A stretch of DNA of 31,856 nucleotides, from positions 1 to 31,856 of the forward strand of contig DASCPX010000135.1 of NCBI GenBank assembly GCA_036012755.1. Direction: 5' to 3'. Every line of letters begins with the position of its first letter. The first letter of the stretch is position 1. The notes under the pieces were generated by a model, which was not told the origin of the DNA, searched no databases, and saw only the letters and a program-made list of their open reading frames with translations. Made by a program: the position numbers and the translations under genes. Positions 8,603 to 16,712 of the stretch are shown here, in pieces. This DNA is from Myxococcota bacterium (GTDB taxonomy: Bacteria; Myxococcota_A; UBA796; CAJQPC01).

Positions 8603-9036
8603 CCCAACCAGATCGGTGCGGAGACCACCACGGTCTCCTCGGTGTGCGGCGGAAAGCGCAACAGCTCTGCCTTGGAGCGCAGGCACTCGATGAAGTCCTC
8701 GTCGAGGTCCTCTTCGATGGCCACCGACTCGACCGCGCCGGTGGGGCCGATGTGCAGCTCGAGGTCGAGGTCGACCCGCCTGTCCAGGGCCGCCTCCGAG
8801 TAGCAGCGGACGAAGCCCGGCCAGGCGCTCTTGATCGCGCCCTGGACGACCTCGGCGGGGTAGGGCTCGGCTGCCACCAGCACCCCTCCGCCCGCGGCCT
8901 CGAGGCTGTGGGTAGGGCTGACCTCTACCGAGACGAGCGAGCTCTCGACTGGCTGCTCCTCGTCCTCGTCGATCTGCTGGCCACCCCAGCCACCGGCCAG
9001 GGATGAGGATGTCGAGACGAGCAGTCCGATGAGCAG
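8599..9036 (-). CDS. Small exported protein with AgmX/PglI C-terminal (TonB_C-like) domain; start uncertain
   Basis: The domain pattern IK.....FVRCYSEAAL....V.L.L.IGPTGAV.SV.I......FIECL......LRFP lies in 8599..8883. The frame stays open to 9042 and encodes a signal-like LLIGLLVSTSSSLA with no ATG/GTG/TTG. CTG 9036 is the best candidate start. Confidence 0.6.
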   Translation of the reverse strand: MLIGLLVSTSSSLAGGWGGQQIDEDEEQPVESSLVSVEVSPTHSLEAAGGGVLVAAEPYPAEVVQGAIKSAWPGFVRCYSEAALDRRVDLDLELHIGPTGAVESVAIEEDLDEDFIECLRSKAELLRFPPHTEETVVVSAPIWLG

Positions 9037-9055
9037 CTGACTTCAGGCTATCGCC

Positions 9056-9382
9056 TCAGGCGGAGCCCTTCCTCGGCTTTCGCGGAGCTTTCTTCTTGGG
9101 CTCGGCGAGCTCGGTGCGCAGGGCTTCGTTCTCCGCGGCGAGCTCGGCGACCCGGGTCTCGAGCTCGGCGAGCCTCGCCTCGAGCTTCCTGGCGGTGCTG
9201 GCCGCAGAGGTGGTCTTGCCGCGCATGGCGTTGACGACGTCGCGAAGCTCCGTGAAGTCCGTCCTGCTGGGCACCTGTCGCTCGTTCATGACCTCCATCA
9301 CCACGTCCTCGAGGAGGTGTCGGGTGAGCGGGAGGGCCGCGTCAGAGACGACCGAGCGGATGTAGTCGCGGGTAGAGCTCAT
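9056..9382 (-). CDS. Small coiled-coil hypothetical protein with a basic C-terminal tail, 108 aa
   Basis: ATG 9382 (GAGAG upstream). Heptad pattern LEARLAELETRVAELAAENEALRTEL; tail PKKKAPRKPRKGSA; GC3-rich codons. Confidence 0.75.
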   Translation of the reverse strand: MSSTRDYIRSVVSDAALPLTRHLLEDVVMEVMNERQVPSRTDFTELRDVVNAMRGKTTSAASTARKLEARLAELETRVAELAAENEALRTELAEPKKKAPRKPRKGSA

Positions 9383-9518
9383 CGTCTCTCGTAGGCGGAA
9401 CAGGGCCGGCTTGACGCTGTCAGGGTAACTTGGTCGGCCAAGTTGCCGATGTACGAGAGAGGGTGCTACGTTGGCGCGGTTGCTCGCGCGGCCGCGGCAA
9501 GCCCCCAAGGGAGGATGG

Positions 9519-10427
9519 ATGGCCTCGGCAAGCTGCCCCTTCTGCAGCGGCGCAATCGACGAGGAGCTCGCGCGGTTCGGCGGGCCTTGTCCGACCTGCT
9601 TCAATGATGTCCCGGGTGAGGAGGCGGCGACTGATCCTGGCGTCCATGCCCAGCAGGCGGAGGCGGAGGCGGTCCGCGTCGAGACCAAGAAGCAGTCCAC
9701 CCGCACCGCGGGCATCGTCGGACTCCTCCTGACCCTCGCGCTGGCGTCCACGGCCATGCTCTACAAGCAGCACATGGACGCAGAAGCGCAGAAGCAGGAG
9801 ATCCTGAGCTTCGACGAAGAGGAGATGTTCGTCGTCGACCTCGACGACCTGACCGCCGCCGAGCGGGAGCGCATCGCCGCCGAGCAGGCCGCAGCCGAGG
9901 AGGCAGCGCGCAAGGAGGCCCAGCGTCTCGCGGCTGCCATGGCTGCCAACGCAGGCTCCGGCGAGGAGCCCGCCACCGAATACGGCAGCGGTGACCGCTT
10001 CACCGACGACGGGAGCGGCGGTCGCGAGGCCAGCGCGGAGTTCCAGGAGGCCAGCCTCGGATCTCGGGCACCGACCCTGAGCGTCGGCGGCGCTGGAACC
10101 AACGTCGTGCGCAAGGGTGCGGTGCTGACCGACAAGGCGATGATCGAGGACATGGCGAAGAAGGCCCTGTCCACCTACGGCGGCCAGCTCAAGCAGTGCT
10201 ACGAGCAGCGCTTGAAGGAAGACAGCTCGATCCGCGGCGCCTGGACCATCATCTTCATGATCGAGACCAACGGCTCGACCTCCGGGGTCCAGGTGCAGGC
10301 CAACAACAAGGCCGACGCACCCCTGGAGGCCTGCATGAAGCGGAACATCGAGAACTGGACCTTCAGCCAGATCAGCTCCCCCTTCGGCCCCATCGGCAAG
10401 ACCTACCGCTTCGGCTCCAGGTACTGA
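9519..10427 (+). CDS. Zinc-ribbon / single-TM / AgmX-PglI C-terminal domain protein, 302 aa
   Basis: ATG 9519 after GGGAGG. CPFC...CPTCF; TM AGIVGLLLTLALASTAML; charged helix; C-domain GQLKQCYEQRLKEDSSIRGAWTIIFMIETNG...LEACMKRNIENWTF. Confidence 0.8.
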   Translation: MASASCPFCSGAIDEELARFGGPCPTCFNDVPGEEAATDPGVHAQQAEAEAVRVETKKQSTRTAGIVGLLLTLALASTAMLYKQHMDAEAQKQEILSFDEEEMFVVDLDDLTAAERERIAAEQAAAEEAARKEAQRLAAAMAANAGSGEEPATEYGSGDRFTDDGSGGREASAEFQEASLGSRAPTLSVGGAGTNVVRKGAVLTDKAMIEDMAKKALSTYGGQLKQCYEQRLKEDSSIRGAWTIIFMIETNGSTSGVQVQANNKADAPLEACMKRNIENWTFSQISSPFGPIGKTYRFGSRY

Positions 10428-10495
10428 GTCCCTCGCCTGTCCCGGCCCATGCCGCTGGTATGGTGCTCTCTCCCGCACAATCGAAGGGGGTCGCT

Positions 10496-12115
10496 GTGCC
10501 GGCATCGAGTCGACGTAGGAACGTAGTCGGATTCGTTCTCCTCGCGTGGGGCCTCCCCGGAGCAGCCTGAATCAGCACGTCCTGGGCCCAGGACGAGGGG
10601 CTGGACTACTGGCCGATGGACCACGACCAGACCAACTTCCACCAAGCCAAAGCGGACGCCCTCCCCTTCGACACCGTCAAGATCGGTGGGGCTATCTGGG
10701 TCTTCTACAAGACGACTGGCGGAGAGATCCAGGTGGCGCCGTACGACCTCACGACCGGGCTGCTCGGAACCGCATCGAGCGAGCTGATCGCCCCGGATAC
10801 CGACAGCCTGTCACTCGACCAGGACGGTATCTCCTCGGCCAACGTCGAGCTGTGCAGCGCAGTCCAGCGCGGCTGGACGGATCTCAACTACGACTCGGTC
10901 ACGGGTCTCTACGAGCCCCAAACCCAGGACATCGGGATCGCCCCCGCGACCATCGATGTGCGCAGCAAGACGACCTTGTGCCCGACGATCGGGGTTGGGA
11001 CGTTTGTCGACGGCTACAAGGACGACACGGTCTACAGCTACGACCAGTTCGGTCTGACGGGAACGTCGGGATGCAGCGGAAACTACCAGGCCGCCTGCCG
11101 ATACACAAACTGCTCCTTGACCGGCACCGACAGGTTCTGGTGCGAGCCACCGGATACAGTCGACACGGACAGCTATGTCGAGCGCGGGTACTGCAAGCTG
11201 TTCATGATGTACGAGGGACTGTACGACGACGGCACCAACAACAACCACTACCTCATCATGGCCCGCTCCCAAGAGCCGGATGCCGCTTGGAGGAAAGCGA
11301 TATCGGGCTCCTACCCGGTTGCTCGCGGACGTACGCGTTCGCAACACGGGGCCCCACCATGGATCCGACCCCGGTGAGTACTCCTTCGCGGGGGTGCCCG
11401 ATCTGCTCTGGGACAGCGACGACGACGTGTGGAGGATGTGGTTCGTCTCCGAGGACGAGGGCAGCATCCGGTACACGGAGAGCGACGACGACGGCATCAA
11501 CTGGGGAATCACGTCTACGTCTACGTCCATCGACTGCTACGACACGGATGACGAGGAGTTCGACACCACCAAGTGCGTCGCGCTGGCCTGGGCGAGCGGT
11601 TCGGCGCCCCCAGAGGACACAGACACCACCGACGCAGTGGTCTCTACCATCGATCCCGGTGTCATCCCCTTGGACCTGGACTCGAACCCCGGTCTGGAGA
11701 CGCTCGGCATGTTCCTCGCTGGCGCTGATGACCGTTGCGACGGCGACACGACCAACAGCGTCAGAGAGAAGCGCGTCATCATCGTCGGGACGCACGACGC
11801 TCTCGGAGATCAGAGCGGGTCGGACAGCTGGAGCTGGGACAACACGGTGCACGCCGATTCGCTGACGGGCGTGCTCATCGAGCAGCACAGCACGGATTGC
11901 GAGAGCGACGACACCGACACCGACTCGGAGAACTTCCACGAGCAGGTCTACGACCCAGCGCCGCTCATGGTGTCGGCCGACAAGTACATCATGTTCTTCG
12001 GCATGCGTCCGGACGGTGACCCGACGGGGAACCTGTACGTCGCGGCGAGCGGGTTCCAGTGCTCGGACTTCGTCGACAACGGCGACACAGATACACTTGC
12101 CGACTACGGGAACGG
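10496..12115 (+). pseudogene. Disrupted secreted acidic beta-propeller-like (Asp-box) protein
   Basis: GTG 10496 (AAGGGGG upstream) starts a signal peptide interrupted by TGA 10568-10570, in frame with ORF 10616..11377. Protein-like sequence shifts to the 11280 frame around 11310-11340 (VPDLLWD..VWRMWF..IRYTESDDDGINW; VYDPAPL..KYIMFFG). It breaks off after CSDFVDNGDTDTLADYG. Confidence 0.65.
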
Positions 12116-13726
12116 CATGGGTATGGAGAGGACGACTGCGACGACGACGACGCGAATGTCCACTCGGGGGCCGAGGAGGTCCCCTACGACGGCATCGACC
12201 AGGACTGCGACGGCGAGGACCTCGTCGACGCGGACGGGGACGGCGAGGTCGGCTGGGAGCAGGGTGGCCCGGACTGCGATGACAGCGATCCGAACGTCTA
12301 CTCCGGGGCGGAGGAGCTGCCCGACAGCTGGATCGACGAGAACTGCGACGGCCTGGTGGACTGGGATGCCATGACCGGATGGGACACGGACGTCCACTGG
12401 TACGGGGCCTACGACCCCGATGGGTTCTACGCCTACAGCATGACGGACGAGGGCATCGGCGTCGCGCCGGACCTGGACGGTGACGGCATCCTGGACGTGG
12501 CGGTGGCGAGCACGCGCCAGGCGGCTGTCCTCCACTCCAGCGTCGCGTCCGGTTCCAACGGCGTGGAAGAGGCTTGGCTGCTGGCCGGGAGCACGGACTC
12601 GACGCTGCCCACCTGGGGCGACATCAAGCCCTTCCGGCCGGGACGAATCGACGACATCGATGGAGACGGTACAGACGACGTCATCGTCTCGGTACTCGGC
12701 ACCGTCTCCGGTGTCGGGAACCCCGCGGGACTCGTAGTCTACGACTCGGGGTCCATCGACGGCCGCACGACCCTGACCGGTGAGGACGCCTACCTCGATA
12801 TCGTCAGCGACCGATCGACGGGGGGCGTGAACCACCCGACCTGGCTCTTGACCGACCTCGACGGCGACGGCACGAACGAACTCCTCGTTGGGGACTGGTG
12901 GGCCGAGTCCAGTCGCGGTCGGCTCAGCGTCTTCGAGCACGAGGATCTCACGACGGGCGGCTCTCTGGACACCACCGACGGAAGCACGATCTGGAACGCC
13001 AAGACCAATTGGGGCGGGTACGTAGGCTACGAGATCTTCCCCCTGGGCGACCTCCGGGGCTCGGGCGGCCTGACGGTGGCGCTGGTTGGCTGGGGTCAGA
13101 CCCAGCTGGTGGAAGCCGAAGACCTGGTAGAAGGCGCAGACGTGGATGACATCGTCTTCGAGACGATCGCATTCTGGTCATCCGACCAGCAGGAGGAGGG
13201 CAAGGGGTCCTACGCCCGGAGCATCGTCCCAATCCTGAGCGAGGACGGTGTCGTCGAGGCGGTGGCCTTCTACGACGCCAGCGACGACCTCCTGCTGGAT
13301 GATCGCTACTGGGGCGGGCGGGTCGACGCCTTCCGAGACCTCGGCGACGGCGGAACCGTCAGCTACATCGACGCCGATGTACACATCGTCAGCTCGACCA
13401 GCGACACCTCCGGTGTGGTCGGACTCACAGCTGGCTACTTCGGAGGCGCAGAGACCGAGCTCGTGATCGCCGGCGCGGATGGCCTCTCCTTCATCGACCC
13501 CGAGGATCTGCCCGAGACCGGCGTGCTCGACATCACCGACTGGCCCAGGCGCATCGACAACGACGGCTCCTGGATCTGTCACCGGAACGACTTCGGCTCG
13601 AACCTCATCGCAGAGGACCTCGACGGAGACGGCTTCGACGACCTCGTCGCCGGCAGCCCGTGGTACTCCGACGGGACATACGACTTCCTCGGCCAGCTCG
13701 GGATCTTCTACAACCGCCATCCGTGA
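12116..13726 (+). pseudogene. 5'-truncated or frameshifted MopE-type metal-binding repeat + FG-GAP (integrin-like) propeller protein
   Basis: Protein-like sequence starts abruptly at HGYGEDDCDDDD. It has two DCDD....G.EE..DGID.DCDG-type repeats and several DLDGDG.D(D/E)(L/V).V FG-GAP motifs. No signal peptide or credible start is present. Confidence 0.65.
12134..12352 (+). repeat. Two degenerate copies of the putative metal-binding (Cu-binding_MopE-type) peptide repeat
   Basis: DCDDDDANVHSGAEEVPYDGIDQDCDG (12134-12214) and DCDDSDPNVYSGAEELPDSWIDENCDG (12272-12352). Confidence 0.85.
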
Positions 13727-13776
13727 CACACCCAGCCGGCGACCGTGGCCATGCTCGCGGAGGTGACGAGGGCCCT

Positions 13777-14565
13777 CTATGGCTTCACGATCCCGTAGAT
13801 CGTGTCGAGGGACACGACCACGATGTTGCAGGCGGCGTGGAAGAAAGCCCCGGCGACGATGCCGCTGGTGCGCTCGCGCAGGAGCCCGAACAGCAGCCCC
13901 GGGAAGAAGATGGCGAAGTGCCACCAGCGGAGGACCACGATGCTGTGGCCGAAGGCGAAGATGATGGCGGTGATCCAGAGCGCGTGGCCGAAGGGGATGC
14001 CAAACAGCAGGAACTTGCGATCGAAGACCTCGTTGAGCCGGGTCTGCACGTAGCCTCGGTAGAAGAACTCCTCCGGGATGGCGACGAAGAAGATCTGGTA
14101 GAGCACCAGCGTCGCCATGTCGCTCGGCCAGCGGGTCCAGTCGGGGGTCAGCCCGAAGACCTGGGTCTGCCAGAGGTGGTAGGCGATGAGCCACGGGACG
14201 AGGATGATGGCCATCCAGCGCAGGCCCATGCCGAGCCCTTCTGCCCAGGCCGCGACGTCGCGGAAGGCCGGGACCGCGAGGCGGTAGCCGTAGCTGTCCA
14301 CGCGGCGGATCTTGCAGAGCAGCACCGGTGCGTAGATGAACAAGAAGGGCACCAGGGCGAGCACCCAGTCGGGCAGCCCGGCGCCGCTCTGGATGGCGAC
14401 CACCCCGCGGATGAGCAGCAGCGTGACGAGCCAGAGCGCCCCGAGCTCCAGGAAGACCCGCCTCCGGGCCGCCCAGCTCGTGTCCGTCGCCCGGTCGCCT
14501 AGGCCGAGGGCGGAGGAGCTGACAGCCGGCCCCTCCGGTAGCCCTCGAGATCCAGTGTCACCCAC
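13777..14565 (-). CDS. CPBP-family glutamic intramembrane protease, myxosortase-like
   Basis: PEEFFYRGYVQTRL, FAFGH, FFPGLLFGLLRERTSGIVAGAFFHAACN, i.e. the EExxxR, FxxxH and HxxxN motifs. The start is re-called to GTG 14565 (AGGAGG 7 nt upstream) and overlaps the larE 3' end. Confidence 0.85.
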   Translation of the reverse strand: MGDTGSRGLPEGPAVSSSALGLGDRATDTSWAARRRVFLELGALWLVTLLLIRGVVAIQSGAGLPDWVLALVPFLFIYAPVLLCKIRRVDSYGYRLAVPAFRDVAAWAEGLGMGLRWMAIILVPWLIAYHLWQTQVFGLTPDWTRWPSDMATLVLYQIFFVAIPEEFFYRGYVQTRLNEVFDRKFLLFGIPFGHALWITAIIFAFGHSIVVLRWWHFAIFFPGLLFGLLRERTSGIVAGAFFHAACNIVVVSLDTIYGIVKP

Positions 14566-15308
14566 TGGAACCCCTCCTGGCGGCATGCCCCCACGATGCT
14601 GTCCCTGATGCCATCCCGTGTGAGCACCTCGAGGTCCGACGAATCGACCTCGATGCGCACCATCGGAGCACCCTCGAGCACGTGGTAGCGAACGCGGAAG
14701 CTGGACAGGCCGAAGGTCCGCAGCAGGCTCTCGATGCGCGCCACCCTGGTCACCCGCTCCTCTGTGACCCGGGTCCCGACCGGAAAGCGTGACCCCAGGC
14801 AGGCGAAGGCAGGCTTGTCCCAGACCTCGAGCCCCAGCTTCCTGGCAGCGCTTCGCACGGCCGACTTGTCCAGCCCGGCCTCGACCAGCGGATGGCGGAC
14901 CCTGTGCTCGCGGCTGGCCAAGAGGCCGGGCCGGTGCTCTCCAAGATCGTCCGGGATGGTGCCGTCCATCACCCACTTCACGCCGAGCTCCGCGGCACGG
15001 TCACGAGCAAGGGTGAAGAGCTCAGACTTGCAGAAGTAGCAGCGGTCACCGTCGTTGTTCGCGTAGCCCTCGCGCTCCAGCTCGCGGCTCTGCACGACGA
15101 GGTGTCGCATGCCCAGGCGCTTCGTGATGGCCCTGGCCTCTGCCAGCTCCTCGCTCGGGAAGGTCGGGGAGTCCGCCGTCAGCGCGATCGCGCTGTCACC
15201 GAGCTGCTCGTGCGCGACCGCGGCCACCAGCGCCGAGTCGACGCCTCCGGAGAGCGTGACCAGGACGCTGTCGGCGTCGTGAAGCACAGCTCGGAGCGCG
15301 GCCAGCAT
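14499..15308 (-). CDS. larE: LarE-family ATP-dependent sulfur transferase (PP-loop)
   Basis: SGGVDS PP-loop, N...DRCYFCKSELF, DGT..DDLGEHRPGL.A, WDKPAFACLGSRFP.G, FRVRYH, GF.WVTLDLEGYR.G. Confidence 0.92.
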   Translation of the reverse strand: MLAALRAVLHDADSVLVTLSGGVDSALVAAVAHEQLGDSAIALTADSPTFPSEELAEARAITKRLGMRHLVVQSRELEREGYANNDGDRCYFCKSELFTLARDRAAELGVKWVMDGTIPDDLGEHRPGLLASREHRVRHPLVEAGLDKSAVRSAARKLGLEVWDKPAFACLGSRFPVGTRVTEERVTRVARIESLLRTFGLSSFRVRYHVLEGAPMVRIEVDSSDLEVLTRDGIRDSIVGACRQEGFQWVTLDLEGYRRGRLSAPPPSA

Positions 15309-15317
15309 GGGCCGCTG

Positions 15318-16712
15318 TTAACCCGTGAGCCCCCCGAACACTGCGGAGAGCGCGTCGATCCCCAGCACGGCCGGGTCGATCGAGCGCAGCACTACCCGGG
15401 GGTCGCTGCATAGATCGACCACTGGAGCCTCCGCCCGGCGGCCTCCCTCTGCGGTCGTCAACAGCCGCACGGTCGGGCTCCCCGGATGCCTCTCGGGATC
15501 GCTCGCGGCGTGCACGACCCCGACCTCGCCCGTGTCGAGCAGCACCGTGGACCCGACCGGGTGGCGCCCCATCATGCGGGCGAAGGTGACGACAAGGGCC
15601 GGATCGAGACGCCCCCCTGCCTCGGCGACCATCTGGGCGACGGCCTCGGCCGGGAGCAGCGCCGCGCGCCAGGGCTTGCTCACGATCATCGCGTCGTAGC
15701 TGTCCGCGATGCTGATGATGCGGCTGTAGAGGTGCTGCCGGTCCCAGCCGAAGACCTTCGGGTAGCCGCGGCCATGGGACTCGATGTGATGCTCGAAGGC
15801 GACGATCAGGCGGCGCCGCATGGCGCTGTCGAGCGACGGGTCCTTCATCACCCGCCGCACGCTGTCGATGGGGTGTCGGTGGATGAACTCCAGCTCTCTG
15901 GACGACAGCGACCCGGCCTTCTCCAGGACCTCTCTGGGCACGTTCGCCATGCCCGTGTCGCAGGCAAGCGCGCACAAGGCGAGATCCAGCAGGGCTCCCC
16001 GGTTCAGGTTCAACTTGCGACCGAGCGCCAGGGCGAAGATCGTGGTGTTGACGGGGTGGCGGAGCTCATAGGCGACCGCCATCGGCACGACGGCGAGGCT
16101 GATGAGGTGGCGTGGATCGCGGACCGCGGCCGACACGAGCTCCTGGGCGACATGGGCGAAGGCCTCGAGCCCACCGTCCTCGATGTACATCGCGCCGACG
16201 AGCGCGAGCGCTCGGCCGTACGCGTCGATCTCGCCCGCGGCGCGCAGCTGCCCGCGGCGTCGAAGCTGCTTTGCGGAGGGAGGCCGCGCCGCCAGCCAGG
16301 AGAGCCCCGGGATCCCGGTCCCCGCCTGGAGCTCGGCGGCCCCGTCCTCGCCCTGGGGACGGGCGGGTGCGTTGATGACCCGCGCCAGCGCCTGGGCCCA
16401 CTGCTTGGGCTGCAGGGTCGCGTTGACGCGCAGGCCCCCCAGGCCCTTGCTCACGAAGAGACGATGGAGCTGGGTGAGCTGGAGGCCCATGCCACCGCCG
16501 GTGCGCAGCAGGTGGTCGTTCAGCCAGGCGGATCCTCGCTCGAAGCGAAAGGAGGCGACCGGCGCGATGGCGAGCAGCTCCCGAGTGGCCCCTGCGAGCC
16601 GACTCAGTCCCGACTTCAGAGCTCGAGGCGCGCTGACCGCCCGCCGCGTGGCGTTCCCGAACAGGAACACGACGCGTGTGCCGCGCTGGTCCAGCATGCG
16701 CAGGTCGCTCAT
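15318..16712 (-). CDS. HD-GYP domain protein with a degenerate HD motif
   Basis: LRHPVNT, ALACDTG (in place of LLHDIG), LEKAGSLS..E, HRHP, AFEHH, GRGYP, SRIISIADSYDAM...KPWR, LDP.LV..F, and a C-terminal PVGSTVLLDTGEVGVV. Confidence 0.88.
   Translation of the reverse strand: MSDLRMLDQRGTRVVFLFGNATRRAVSAPRALKSGLSRLAGATRELLAIAPVASFRFERGSAWLNDHLLRTGGGMGLQLTQLHRLFVSKGLGGLRVNATLQPKQWAQALARVINAPARPQGEDGAAELQAGTGIPGLSWLAARPPSAKQLRRRGQLRAAGEIDAYGRALALVGAMYIEDGGLEAFAHVAQELVSAAVRDPRHLISLAVVPMAVAYELRHPVNTTIFALALGRKLNLNRGALLDLALCALACDTGMANVPREVLEKAGSLSSRELEFIHRHPIDSVRRVMKDPSLDSAMRRRLIVAFEHHIESHGRGYPKVFGWDRQHLYSRIISIADSYDAMIVSKPWRAALLPAEAVAQMVAEAGGRLDPALVVTFARMMGRHPVGSTVLLDTGEVGVVHAASDPERHPGSPTVRLLTTAEGGRRAEAPVVDLCSDPRVVLRSIDPAVLGIDALSAVFGGLTG

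Noticed and set aside
9043..9045. TGA upstream of the AgmX-domain gene as a possible Sec codon
   Set aside because: There is no Cys/redox context or convincing hairpin, and the upstream frame runs into the neighbouring gene.
9411..9432. TTGACG and a short TGAC-N3-GTCA inverted repeat in the divergent spacer
   Set aside because: No -10 element lies at a suitable spacing, and 4-bp arms are expected by chance.
13777..14976. 399-aa version of the CPBP protease
   Set aside because: The extension overlaps larE off-frame. GTG 14565 has a strong SD.
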